Assembly: GCF_963921235.1 (NCBI RefSeq)
Contig: NC_086097.1
Coordinates: 8,122,001 to 8,186,000, forward strand
Direction of reading: 5' to 3'
Length of the DNA stretch: 64,000 nt
Origin: Mobula hypostoma
Taxonomy: Eukaryota
Under the pieces are notes generated by a model, which saw only the letters and a program-made list of their open reading frames with translations, was not told the DNA's origin and made no database searches. This document shows, piece by piece, positions 21,870 to 34,344 of this stretch; position 1 is the stretch's first letter; each line of letters begins with the position of its first letter. Made by a program: the position numbers and the translations under genes.

Positions 21870-24800
21870 AAGAAGGGAAAAGATGAAATATGAGGGCAAA
21901 CTAGAGCAGGATACCAGAAGTTTTATTTAGTTATATAAATAGTAAAATGGAGGTGAGAGATGATATTGGACCACTGGAAAATGATGCTAGTCACTGCTCT
22001 TATCTGTCCTTTTTCTAGAAAGGACAGATGAACTTAATTAATACTTTGCATCAGTCTTCATTGTGGAAGACACTAACAATGTATCAGAGGTCTGTGAGTG
22101 TCAGGGAACAGGAGAGAGTGTTATTGCTATTAAAAAGGAAAAAGTGCTAGACAAACTCAAAGGTCTTAAGGTGGATAAGTCACCAGGACCAGATGGACTA
22201 CATCCCTGAGACATGAGAGAGGTTGCTAAAGAGTTAACAGGTGCATTGGTCATGATCTTTCAAGAATCACTTCATTCAGGCATGGTCCTGGAAAAATGGA
22301 AAATTGCAAATGTCACTCCACTCTTTAAGAAGGGAGGAAGGCAAAAGAAAATACATTATAGACCAGTTAGCCTAGCATCAGTGGTGGGAAGGTGTTGGAG
22401 TCTATTATTATGAATGAGGTTATGAGGTACTTGGAGACTAATGATAAAATAAGTCGAAGTCATTGAGGGAAATCTTGCCTGACAGATCTGTTAGAGTTCC
22501 TCAAAGAAGTAATAAGCAGTGTGGACAAAGGAGAGGCAGTGGATGTCATTTGCTTGGATTTTCAGAAGGCATTTGATAAGATGCCACACATGAGGCTGCT
22601 TAACAAGATAAATTCCTAAGGTGTTACAGAAATGAAACTAGCATGGATAGAGGAATGGCTGACAGGCAGGAGGCAGTGAGTGGGAATAAAGGGGGCCTTT
22701 CTAGGTTGGATGCCATTAACTAGTGGTGCTCCTCAGGGGTCAGTATTGAGACCGCTACTTTTCACATCTTTTTTCACAGATTTTGATGGCTCTGTGACAA
22801 AGTTTGCAGATGATACAGAAGAACAAGCAGCTGCAGAGGACAGGTCGCTGGGTGCATTTGAGGCAGAGATTGATAGGCTGTTGAATGGACACGGCATCAA
22901 GGGTTACTGGGAGAAGATTGGGAACTGGGGTTGAGGAGGAGGTTAAAGTAAAGGATCAGCCATGATTGAATGACAGAGCAGACTCAATGGGCCAGATTGC
23001 CTAATTCTGCTGCTATGTCTTCTGGTCTTATGGTCTAACATAAGAAATAGGAGCAGGAGTGGGTTCTCTGGCCCGTCGAGCCTGCTCTACCATTCAAAAG
23101 GATCATAGCTGATTTGGCCATGGACTCATCTCCACTGACCTGGCTTTTCCTCTTAACGCTTAATTTCCCAACTATGTAAAAGTAGATGGAGGGATTGGTG
23201 GTGCTGAGGAAGCAATGTGATTGCAGCAGGACTTTGACAAATAGGAAAAATGGGCAAAAAGGTGGCAGATGGAACACAGTGTTGAGAAATGTATGATAAT
23301 GCATTTTGGTAAAAGGAACAATAGTGCAGACTATTATCTAAATGGGGAGAAAATTCAAACAAGATTCCCAGAAAGTTAATTTACAGGTTGAGACTGTGTT
23401 AAAGAAGGCAAATGCAATGTTGGCATTTATTTCAAGGGAAACAAGGAGATCATGCTGAAACTTTATAAGGCACTAGTCAGGCTGCATTTGGAGTACTGTC
23501 AACAGTTTTGGGTCCCATATCTCAGAAATGGTGTGTTGTAATTGGAGAGAGTCCAGAGGAGGTTCACAAAGATGATTCCAGGAATGAAGGGGTTAACATA
23601 ACAGCTTTTTGCAGCTTTGCGCCTGTACTCAATGGAATTTAGGAGAATGCGGGGGGATCTCACTGAAGTCGACCGAATGTTGGAAGGACTAGATAAGGTA
23701 GATGTGGACAGGATGTTTCCTATGATGGGGGTATCCAGAACTAGAAGGTACAGCCTCAAAATTGAGGGAAAACCTTTTACAGCAGAGGTAGGAAGGAATC
23801 ATTTTAGCTAGAGAGTAGTGAATAGTAGAGACTAGTAGAGAATATCCTGCATCTCGTTTTTTTTTGCACTACTTTACTTTCCATTTTTCTATTTTCTATT
23901 TATGATTTTAATCTAAATTTTTTAATATTTACTCTCGATTTGTAACCCAGGGAGCTGGAAGTGCAGAATCAAATATCGCTATGACGATTGTACATTCTAG
24001 TATCGATTGTTTGGCAACAATAAAGTATAAAGTATAAAGTATCTTTGCAATGCTCCACCAGAGTATAGTGGATGCCAGGTCCATGTTTATATTTAAAGCA
24101 GAAGTTGATGGTTTCCTGTGTAATGCTCTGGTTCATATCTTTACTGTTATGCTGTAAGTATTTCATTTAGCACTTCTGTAAGAGCTGTCTGTTCTGCTTT
24201 CAGCCTGTTTGGGTTATTGTTGAAGATAAGGGATGATAAGGAATGTGTGTCGTCCAATTAAGATGGTGGACCTGGGGTGGGGTGGTGGGGGGTTTGGTAA
24301 GGGACATTAAGGTTAATGTTGGGGCTTTTTGTTCGGCAGGAGATGAAGAGAGAAGATGCCGGGGAGAATCGGCCGTCGGATATGACTCAGTGGGAGACCG
24401 GTTTGTTTAAGATGGATTATGAGCGGCATTTGGAAGGTGCTTTCAGTGATGGCACAGACTGAGGGCCCAGCACATGAGAGACAGGGAAGTTCAAGATGAG
24501 CTCCAACTTATGCACAGTTGATGATGGGCCCTTTTTGTTTTTTCTTTTCTTTACTAACCCTTTAGTTAAATAAGTTTCATAAATATAATTCCTTTGGTTG
24601 TATACAATGTGCTGTCTATTATTTCTTGGCACTGAGCTGTAACAGGGTAACAAATCACACAGCATCCTCACAAACCGGGGTCTGGGGTGGAAGAGCCGTA
24701 TCAATCTCATGGGTTTGGCGGGACCGGAGTGGGACTTTCCTAGATTTACGCAGCCAAGGAAACCAGCAGGGTTTCACCTGATTAGTCAGGGCTTCAAACG

Positions 24801-24920
24801 TTCTGGCAAGAAGGCCAGTGTATGGGGTTGAGTGGGATATGGGATCAGCTGGGATAGAATGGCAGAACAGACTCGACGTGGTGTGCAGCCTAATTCTACT
24901 CCTATATCTTACTGTCTTAA
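21870..24920 (+). mobile_element. Decayed CR1 ORF2/3' UTR with several insertions
   Basis: VLEKWKIANVTPLFKKGGRQKKIHYRPVSLASVVG; SGAPQGSVLRPLLF; KFADDT. Interrupted at ~22818-23180 (two CR1-type tails), ~23850-24042 (Rex1 tail) and 24119-24776 (LTR). Confidence 0.88.
24119..24776. mobile_element. Solo LTR (658 bp), Gypsy-like
   Basis: TGTAATG...GTTTCA; 4-bp TSD CCTG (24115-24118, 24777-24780). The host CR1 reads through when the LTR is removed. Confidence 0.85.
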
Positions 24921-25019
24921 TGATGAATGCTGCGTAACAATGGTATCTCCCGCTTAATTCAGTCAAGTCCAAAATAGATCAGAATAGATCAAAATCAAAA
25001 TCAATTGATCAAAATAAAT

Positions 25020-25615
25020 CAAATTCCCATGCTAACATGCCGGTTCATGACCTCCTCTGCTGCCCGATGAGTCCACAATCAGGTTGGAGGAGCAACACCT
25101 CATGTTCCATCTGACTAGCCTCCAACGTGATGGCATGAGCATTGATTACCCCAATTTCAGATAAATTTTCCCCCTCTTCTTCAGTTCCTCAATCTGGCCT
25201 CCCTCTTACCTCTTCTCTTCTCCTCACCTGCCTTTCATGTTCCACTGGTACCCCTCCTCCTTTCCTTTCTCCAACGTTCCACTCTCCTCTCCTATTAGAT
25301 TTTTTCTTCTCCATTCCTTTTACCTTTCCTACCTAACACCTCCAAGCTTCTCACTTCCTTCCCCTCTCTCCCACCTCTCCAACCTGACTGGTATTACCAG
25401 CTTTCTTCTAGCTTGCATTCCATCTCCTCCAACCCCCCCCCCCCACACCTTCTTATTCTGCTTTCTTCCCCCCTTCCTGTCCAGTCCTGATGACGGGTGA
25501 CAGTCTGAAACATCGACTATTTATTCATTTCCATTGATGCTGCCAGGCCTGCTGAGTTCCTCCAGCATTTTGTATGCGTTGCTTTGGAATCCAGCATCTG
25601 CAGAATCTCTTGTCT
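25020..25615 (+). mobile_element. Penelope-like 3' fragment (GIY-YIG C-terminus, pLTR, hammerhead at 25482-25519)
   Basis: DESTIRLEEQHLMFHLTSLQRDGMSID; CAGTC-CTGATGA-CGGGTGACAGTCT-GAAAC-ATC-GACTA. Confidence 0.78.
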
Positions 25616-25779
25616 CAGTGCATCAAATACAATTTGAGAATAATAACTGCCTGAATGCTTATCAACTGCAGTCATTATGGTATAGTTTGCAAAATGATGA
25701 GGTGTACCACTGGACTGATGTGTGGTTGTGATAGAGATTAAAGAAACTGTGGAATTTTTCAACATGCAAGCATTAACCT

Positions 25780-26060
25780 GAAGTGGTTTATTGCCAGACT
25801 GGTAATCCAGAGACATGAACTAATCATCACACTGCAGCAGCTGTGGAACTTAAATTCAGTCAATTAAATAATCCTCAATTTCAAAACAAACTTTCCTCAG
25901 GAATGTAGCACAAAACTACCAGACTGATGTTAAAATAAAACTTATCTAGATCACTTCAGGAAGATTTGTCATCCATACCTGGACTGTGACTCAAACACCA
26001 GACTCCAGTTCATAACAATGCAGCTGACTCACAATTCCCCTCTGAAATAGCCTAGCAATT
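25780..26060 (+). mobile_element. Decayed SINE (older copy at ~27235-27450)
   Basis: actggtaatccagagac...aaattcagtcaattaaataa...ccctctgaaatagcctagcaa, recognised as a shark/ray SINE-like sequence. Confidence 0.45.
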
Positions 26061-26134
26061 GTTAAATGGGTTATTATTGTCACATTTTCTGAGGTGCAGT
26101 GAAAAACTTTGTTTCTCATGAAGGCCATTGACAA

Positions 26135-26320
26135 TCGCAAGCCTGTCTGTGAAAGAAGGAGGGTTGGGAATGGGCGAAGCCCTGAAGACCTCACCCTTGG
26201 GTGAGGAAGGATCTTCAAAGATGGCCTACACCTGGGGCAACTTGAAAGACTGGCCTAGGACAGAGGCCTCGGCCAGCTGCCTTCAGTGGCCTATGCCTCA
26301 GCGGGGGTGATAGGCTTACA
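26135..26320 (+). mobile_element. Short RTE-type SINE-like element (type C)
   Basis: Homologous to the reverse complement of 6392-6640. Confidence 0.65.
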
Positions 26321-26509
26321 AAGAAGAACAAAGAGCAGCTGTTGCTGGCTGCTAAGGGAAGATCTTGGAAAGTTACCTTTCCTAACTCTTTATTCATTAT
26401 TATTATTCTCTTAACTGTCTGACCTTCTAAATTCTCACATACTACTCCTTAAAACATATTGTTTGATTTCCTTTCTTTATTGCTCTTCCATCTTTCTCCT
26501 ACGTGTGTG

Positions 26510-26865
26510 GGACATGTGGCAGAGGTGGCGTGGGTGCAGACACACCCAGCCCTGGGACACCAGGCAAGGTCATTTGATTCCAAACAATTGGCTTATGGAT
26601 CATTACTGAATGTTTTTTCTGGGGCTTCTTGCTTCCTCCCCCTTTCCCAAACATGATTTCCCTCCCCCTGTCCCCTTCCCACTCTCAGTCCACAATATAG
26701 ACCCATATCAGGATCAAGTTTATCATCACTCACATATGTCATGAAATTTGTTTTTCTCACGGTAGCAGCAGAATGCAATACATAAAATTACTAAAATACT
26801 GTGCAAAAGTCTTCAGCACACTACCTGTATATACAGTTTGTGCCTAAGACTTTTGCATAGTACTG
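26510..26865 (-). mobile_element. Truncated copy of the palindromic-terminus MITE
   Basis: Reverse complement matches ~18563-18905; ends tagtactg-TA. Confidence 0.75.
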
Positions 26866-27749
26866 TATGTGTACGAGGTATCTTTTGTATTTATATATAT
26901 TGTGTTTTTTTTAGTATTGTGTTGTCTTATTGTATTTTTTGTGCTACGTCGGATACGGAGAAACAATTATTTTGTTCTGTTCTACACTTGAGTACTGGAA
27001 ATGACATTAAAAAATTTGAATCTTGAATCTTGAATCTATTGGTAAAGGAATCATGCATAAGAGGAGGAGGCAACATTATGAGAAAGTAGCATTCATTCTG
27101 AATATGCACTTTCCTTCTGTTTTGACAAAGAAGCTGATTACTGTGGATTGTACCTGATGTACTTATTAAGATAAAATCTTAGTATAATCTCCAATAAACT
27201 GTTCCGAATTGAGGGTGCGCAGCTCATATGTTTGGTATTATAGTGGTTATATTACTCACCATTAAAATACTGGTCTAGACTAACAATCATGCAAACTGTG
27301 AATTTAAATGCTGTTACAACACCTTAGAGAATTCAAACTGAGCTTTGAAACAAGTCTGCTGTTAGAAAAGAAAGTGGCTACAAATTTATTAGATTGTAAT
27401 CAAACTCTAACAATTTCACCAGCCCTTTAGGCAGCCTTCCTGGTCCATAATGAGAATTACCGTCACCAGTCCAAAGAAGCAACTCCTGAACATTGAAAGA
27501 ATTAGAAAATTATGATTAACACACCTGTAACTTCCCCAGGTGTTTCTGTCTGCTAAAGAATTGGAAAATTGTCTTTCCTAAGTCTTTAATCATTATTATT
27601 ATTCTGTTAACTATCTGATTGACTGAATTCTAACATGTTACTCCTCAAAACGTATTGTTTGATTTCCTTTCATTGTTGCTCTTCTCCTGTGTGTGCTATC
27701 TAGGTGTCATTAATTTCTCAAGTAGCTGCTTGTCTGCCTTTCGAGTAAA

Positions 27750-28375
27750 AATTAGATTAGATTAGATTAGATTCAACATTATTGTCATTGTGCCGAGTAC
27801 AGATACAAAGCCAATGAAATGCTTTTAGCAATGAGACCAGAAATTCAAAGATAGTGTTATTTACAAAATAACTGCGAATAAAAAAAAGTGCGACAGCACA
27901 CAAATATAAAAGTACTGAGACATTACAATATGGGTGCAATTCTGCTTAGCGCTGTGATGTGAGGTTCAGCAGGGTCACAGCTTCAGGGAAGAAGCTCTTC
28001 CTGTGCCTGCTGGTGCGGGAGTGGAGGCTCCTGTAGCGCCTACCGGATGGGAGGAGAGTAAAAAGTCCATGGTTAGGGTGAGATGCATCACTGATAATGC
28101 TTTTCGTCCTGTCCAGGCAGCGGTTATGGTAGATGTTCTCAATGGTGGGCAATTGGGTGCCGATAATTCGCTGGGCAGTTTTCGCCACACGCTGGAGTGC
28201 TTTGCGGTCCGATATGGGACAATTGCCATACCACACTGAGATGCAGTTGGTGAGTATGCTCTCAATGGTACAGCGGTAAAAGTCCATCAGTATCCTGGGA
28301 CAGAGGTGAGCTTTCTTCATGCTCCGCAGGAAATAAAGGCGCTTTTGTGCATTTTTGATCAGGATGGAGGAATTC
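27750..28375 (-). mobile_element. Rex1/Babar 3' fragment, (AATCT)n tail
   Basis: AQKRLYFLRSMKKAHL...FYRCTIESILTNCISVWYG...DASHPNHGLFTLLPSGRRYRSL...SFFPEAVTLLN. Confidence 0.92.
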
Positions 28376-28464
28376 AATACTAGTTTCAATCAGAATCAGA
28401 ATCAGACTTAATATCATTGGCCTACGTCATGAAATTGGTTGCTTTGTGGCAGCAGTGCAGTACA

Positions 28465-28725
28465 ATCTCCTCCTGTGGATGGGATCAAATATGGCTGTTG
28501 AGTCCCAACTGTCTACATGATATCCAAGCCAGGGCAGTATGATTGGAGGAACAAGCTGTTGCCCATGCAGCAGGCTCCACCTCTCCAGTCAGCTGATTAA
28601 CCAAAGGAATAGCAGAAACTGAGATACTATTGGCACCAGCAGTGTTGTAATTCCCAGTCAGTGTTGAACTCAGAGGATTGCCTTAAGGACTCCAGCTCTG
28701 GATTTTTCCTCAGGGTTTGCTCCTT
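28465..28725 (-). mobile_element. Type A RTE-derived short element, 3' half
   Basis: Homologous to 1600-1876 (inverted) and to the RTE leader at ~31900-32100. Broken by a CR1. Confidence 0.7.
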
Positions 28726-28729
28726 AAGA

Positions 28730-31700
28730 AGTTTACTCTTCAAGAAGGGAGCAACGCCTGTTAGTCTGTCCTCAGTGGTTGGGAAGATGCTGGAGTTGAG
28801 TATTGAGGATGAGGCACATGCAAAAATAGGCCATAGTCAGCATGGTTTCCTAAAGGAAAAATCTTGCCTTGCAAACCTGTTGGAATTCTTTGAAGAAGCA
28901 ACAAGCAGGAAAGACAAAGGAGAATCAGTTGAAGACCTTTGACAGAGCCACACATGAGGCTGCTTAACAGGCTATAAACCCATGGTGTTACAGGAAATAT
29001 CCTAGCATAGATAAAGCAGTGGCTGACTGGCAGGAGGCAAATAATGGGGATAAAAGGAGTCTTTTTCTGACTGGCTGCTGGTGACTAGTGATGTTCCACA
29101 GGGGTCTGTGTTGGAACCAATTCTTTTTACATTATATGTCAATGATTTGAATAATGGAATGGATGGGGGTTTTTTGCAAAGTTTGCAGACGATATGAAGA
29201 TAGGTGGAGCGTAAGATGGTGGCATCCGTTAGTCTCACGAGACCATGGACCTGCGCCTGGAAAGTCTTGCTTCAGTCTGTATTAGAGCAGCGTCTGTTGT
29301 GGCTGTGGAGACCCACACGGGAGTGACAGTCTCGGCTGCAGCGACTGCAGTTGAAGGCGCTGTCCTCCAGTGTTGTCTTGGTGCTGTTTCTCCGGCGAGT
29401 GTGCTTTTCTTCAACAGCCAGACTCAGCTTCTTTTCTCCTCTTTTTAGACCTCTGCGTAGTTCCAGCCTCCAGTGAGAGCGATTGCTCGCGGTGTTCTCC
29501 CACCTGTCGACATTCATTTTCAGTGACTTCATGTCTCTCTTGCAAACATTCTTTGAAACGAAGATGGGGCTGCCCTTGTGCTTTCTTGCCAGAGGCCAGT
29601 TCCCCGTACAGCAGGTCTTTCGGGATCCTCCCATCTGACATGCAGTGTACGTGGCCCAGCCAGCAGAGACGGCCTTGTTGGAGCAGGGTGAAGAGGCTGG
29701 GTATTTGGGCACGGGCCAGGACCTCATTGTTGGTGACTCGGTCAATCCACGTGGTGTCCAGGATGCGTCTCAGGCTGCGAAGGTGGAAGGCGTTGAGACG
29801 CCGCTCTTGTCTGTAGTAGAAGCTCCAGGTCTCGCTGCGTAAAGCAGTGTGCTGAGGACACAGGCCCTGTAGACTGCAACTTTGGTGTGCGTCGTCAGCT
29901 TTCTGTTCTCCCAAACTCTCTTTGTCAGCCTGGCGAATGTTGAGGCTGCTCGTCCAATCCATCTGTTGATCTCGGGGTCTAAGGAGAGGCTGTCCATGAT
30001 GGTGGAGCCAAGGCATGTAAACTCGTGAACTACCTCCAGCTCATAGTTGTTGATGCAGGGGGGTGCTCAACAACTTGGCCCTACACGTTGGTCTTCGTCA
30101 GGCTGATGGTCAAGCTGAAGTCCTGGCAGGCTCTTGAGAAGCTGTCCATGAGGCGTTGTAGTTGCTCTTCAGAGTGTGTTGCCAGTGCCACGTCGTCTGC
30201 AAACAACTTGTCCCTGATGAGTACTTCGCGAACCTTAGTTTTCAGACTGAACAAACTGAAGAGCCTCCAGTCCGATCTAGTGTGGAGGTGGACACCATCA
30301 GTTGATATTCCAAAGGCGTGCTTCAGCATGACTGTGAAGAAGATGCCAAACAAGGTGGGGGCAAGCACACAGCCCTGCTTCACACTGCTGCGGATGTTGA
30401 AGGCCTCCGAAGAAGAGCCATCGAACTGAACGACGCCCTTCATGTCTGTGTGGAATGACTGAACTCTCCTGAGGAGCCTTGGGGGACAACCAATCCTGGC
30501 AAGGATTTTGAACTTTTCTCTTGTAGCTGTCGAAGGGAGAAGATCGTGTCGATTGTGGAGCGTTCTGACCTGAAACCACACTGAGACTGGGGATATACCT
30601 TTTCGGCTATTTTCTGCAGTCTGTTCAGGACCACGCAGGCAAAGACCTTCCCAACGATGGTCAGCAAGGAGATTCCCCTGTAGCTGTTACAGTTGCTTCT
30701 GTCCCCATTGTTCTTATATATGGTGACAATGTTGCAGTCTCATGTTGCGACACTGCTCCCCCTATCCAGTACCGGCACAGTAGTTCGTGCAGGTGGTTTA
30801 GTAGGACGCCCTTTGCGCATTTGATGGTCTCTGGTGGAATGCCATCCAATCCTGGTGCCTTCCCAGTGGGCAGGCTGTCGATGGCTTTACTCAGCTCTTC
30901 GGCAGTCGGCAATGCATCCAGTTCCTCCATGACAGGCAGGCATTCCACGGCGTCTAGTGCACTGTCCGAGATGCTGTTTTCTCTGGAGAAGAGTTCAGAG
31001 TAATGGTCCACCCATCTCTCCATCTGCTTGCCTTTGTCATTGATGGTCTCGCCTGTTATGGTTTTCAATGGTGCTGTCCATATGGGAGTCGTGGTCGGCG
31101 CCCACTCTGGCGTTGAAGTCGCCAGGTAGCAGCAACTGTTCCTGACTTGGGATCTCCTGTATCATCATTGAGAGCTGGTTGCAGAACTTGTCCTTTTGTG
31201 TCTTGTGTAGAGTAGAGGGTTGGGACATAGACACTGACAAGGTTGACAGGCCCATCAGATGTGTGGAGTCGAAGTGAGAAAATCCACTCTGACCCTTTCT
31301 GGCTAGGCTCTACCATCTTCAGCAGCGAGTTCTTCACCGCAAAGCCGACACCATGCTCTCAGGTCTCGTCTGAGCCCTTCCCCTGCCAGAAGAAGGTATA
31401 GTCTCTCTCACGTAGGGTTCCCGATTCTGCGAGACGTGTCTCTTGGAGCATTGCGATGTCCACTCGGAGTCTCGACAGTTCATTGTTAATCACTGCTGTC
31501 TTGCGTGTGTCGCTGATCTCCCGAAGGTCATGTGATATACCAGTTGTCATGGTCCATATATTGCAGCATCCTAGTCTGAGTGCTGGCTTCTTTCTTTGTC
31601 TTCTAGTTGTGCTTGGTGCGGCGCTTACAGTCCGCAGTTCGGGCTGCTTGTATCCCCAAGCCCCACGCACCCAGTGGAGCGGGCGGACTGTGGAGGGACA

Positions 31701-33027
31701 GCACCTAATTGTCTGGGGGCTGCCCTGCTTGAGGCGGACGGTAGCTGTCCAGTGAGACGTGACGGTCTCTCCCTCCGTCGAAAGCAACCCCTGGCACCTT
31801 CCTCTACGCCAGTCGAGCGCAGGCTTATAACCGGTAGACTGCTCTTTTCCGTGTCACTGTGAGGTAATGCTGGAGTGTCCTCTCCAGGGCACAGGCCTGG
31901 GCAAGGTTGTAAGGAAGACCGGCAGTTGCCCATGCTGCAAGTCTCCCCTCTCCACGACACCGATGTTGCCCAGGGGAAGGGCAAGGGCCAATACAGCTTG
32001 GCACCAGTGTTATCGCAGGAGTTGCCAGAACGAGGTTGAAGGGAATGTCAGACTGCCTTAGGGACTCCAGCTCTGGATTTGTCCTCAGGGTTTACTCTTG
32101 AAGCCTTTCCTTGCCAGTAAGGAGGGTAAGGTAGTTTTGAGGAATTAGAGAGGCTACAGAGGGACTTAGACTGATTAGGAGAATGTGCAAAGAAATGGCA
32201 GATGGAACACAGCATCGAGAAGTGAATGGTTATGCACTTTGGTAGAAGAAATGAAAGGGTCAACGATTTTCTAAATGGAGAGAAAATACAAAAAAAAACT
32301 GAGGTACAAAGGGACTTGCGAGTCCTTAGGCAGGATTTCCTGAAGGTTAATTTGTAGGTTGAGTCTGTGGTGAGCAAGGCAAATGCAATGTTATCATTCA
32401 TTTCAAGAGGACTAGAATATAAAAGCAAGGAAGTAATGTGGAAACTTTATAAGTCACTGGTGAGGCCTCACTTGGAGTATTGTGAGCAGGTTTGAGTGCC
32501 TCATCTTAGAAAGGATGTGTCAAAACTGGAAAGGGTGGAAAGGAGGTTCATAAAAAGGATTCCAGGATTGAATGGCTTGTATTATGAAGAGCACTTGATG
32601 GCTCTGGGTCTGTATTCACTAGAATTCAGAAGAATGAGGGGTGACCTCATTGAAAACTATTGAATGGTTAAAGGCATTGGTAGAGTCAATGTGGAGAGGA
32701 TGCTTCCTATGGAGGGAGCATCTAAGACCAGAGGACACAGCATCAGAACACAGGGGCGTCCTTTTAGAATGACGATGAGGAGGAATTTTTTTAGCCAGGT
32801 ATTGGTGAATCTGTGGAATTCTTTGCCACAGGTAGCTGTGGAGGCCAAATCTTTGTGTATATTTAAAGCAGTGGTTGGTAGGTTCTTGATTGATCAGGGC
32901 ATGAAGGGATATGGGGAGAAGGCAGGAGATTGGGGTTGAGAGGAAAAATGGATCAGCCATGATGAAATGGCAGAGCAGACTTGATGAGCCAAGTGGTCTG
33001 ATTCTGTTCCTATATCTTACGGTCTAA
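28730..33027 (+). mobile_element. CR1 3' fragment split by an RTE insertion
   Basis: SQHGFLKEKSCLANLLEFFEE; VPQGSVLEPILF; KFADDMKIGG; resumes at 32121; tail attctgttcctatatcttacggtct. Confidence 0.88.
29216..32120 (-). mobile_element. RTE-clade LINE (APE endonuclease + RT + C-terminal zinc finger), defective
   Basis: LRLGCCNIWTM, DIAMLQETRL, LLPGDFNARVG, KAPGLDGIPPE, SQCGFRSERSTID, VKQGCVLAPTLF, LFADD, CSRCSRDCHSRVGLHSHNRRC. 10-bp TSD ggagcgtaag (29206-29215)/ggagggtaag (32121-32130). Frameshifts and internal deletions near 31080 and 30520. Confidence 0.93.
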
Positions 33028-33335
33028 CGCCTTTCTCATGAGTGGGTGTAGCCTCAAGGCAGCGGAGGTTTGAGATTGGAGTTTTCCTTCTACTTGATGA
33101 GCTGCCAACCATGAATGATGAGCCCCATCTGCCTGGAGCAGCTGGTTTGAATGTGCCACTAAGCCACCTTGCCCCTTCTCCTGTCATTAGAAAAGGTCGT
33201 ACTGGGCTTAGTAGTTAAACCCCTTGGGAAGGCCGGGACCTGGACTTGGTTGTCAGAGACTATTTGAAACACATGCCATTTGAACATTTAATAGGTAGTA
33301 GGAGCCTCTGCCCATTACAAACCCCAGCTTCATAT
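33028..33335 (-). mobile_element. Type A RTE-derived short element, 5' half
   Basis: Continues from 28725 (gggtttgctcct | gcctttctcatgagtggg). Carries an RTE-leader-like gcagctcatc...agaaggaaaactc...caaacc motif on minus. Confidence 0.65.
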
Positions 33336-34344
33336 TTAAATTACATTAAATAAGTAGCAAAAAGAGAGCAAAAAAGAAACAGTAAGGTGAAATTCATGAA
33401 ATCTGATGGCAGAGGGGAAGAAGCTGTTCCTAAAATGTTGAGTGTGTGTTTTCAGGCTCCTGTATCTCCTTCCTTATGGTACCAAAGACAAGAGGGCCTG
33501 TCCTGGGTCGTGAGGGGCTTTAATAATAGATGCTACCTTTTTGAGGCATTATCTTTTGAAGATGTCCTCAATCCAGGGGCCACCTTCAAATCCTCACTAA
33601 AAATATATCTCAGCGCTACTAATAAAGTAATGCACTGTTAGAATCGTTGATCCTTCAGCTGATATGCCAAACTGAGCCTTGTGTTTCAAAAAGACATTAA
33701 AATTCCCTGGATGTGATTACAAAAATGAGCATATGAATTTCCCTTGTTTTCTTAGCCAAAACCCATTGCTCTTTCAACCTCTATTAGTAAGAAGTTGTGT
33801 ATTCATTAACTTCCTCTATCAAGTATCACAAAGTGACTTTGTTTTAATAATATGAAAATTTGTCCAGAACTTGGGTTGATCAGAAAGTGGGCTAGAAGTT
33901 CATAAGTAAATGTAAGTCTGTTTTTTTTTTAAATTACAGATCATCTACATTTACGTACAATAACTTCACATATCTCCTATTCATTTTCATAAATAATTAA
34001 AAATCGCAACTAGTTCAGAGAATCTTTATATTCATTCGTGAAGATAGTCTTTTTTTACGTATTTCTTTGTTATCAATGCGTCCCTCTGTTGTAATCTATA
34101 GACAATTTACTAATTTCAAAGGAAATAAGAATGTAACTGGAGATCTTGATGTCTAGGTAGATAAAGGAGAAAGAAAAGTTTAACTCTGGATTCCTCTTGT
34201 ATCTTGTATTACCCGAAGTCCTGATGGAGATTTCGGGTCCCAAACATTGACTGTTTATACATTTCTGAAGATGCTACCTGACTTTCTGTTCCCCTCCAGC
34301 ATGATGAGTGTGTTGCTCTTGTGTTATTTGCCTTCTTTTTTGGT

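Noticed and set aside
33130..33250. Twister-ribozyme-like words (CTAAGCCC, GGAGAAGGGGC on minus) in the type A leader
   Set aside because: I could not build the P4 helix and both pseudoknots, and the conserved UAA at the cleavage loop is absent in this copy.
33028..33335. Apparent 5' continuation of the RTE LINE beyond a CR1 insertion (gcctttc at both 32103 and 33029)
   Set aside because: The RTE is bounded by a 10-bp TSD at 29206-29215/32121-32130 and the CR1 reads through across it, so this piece is better paired with 28465-28725.
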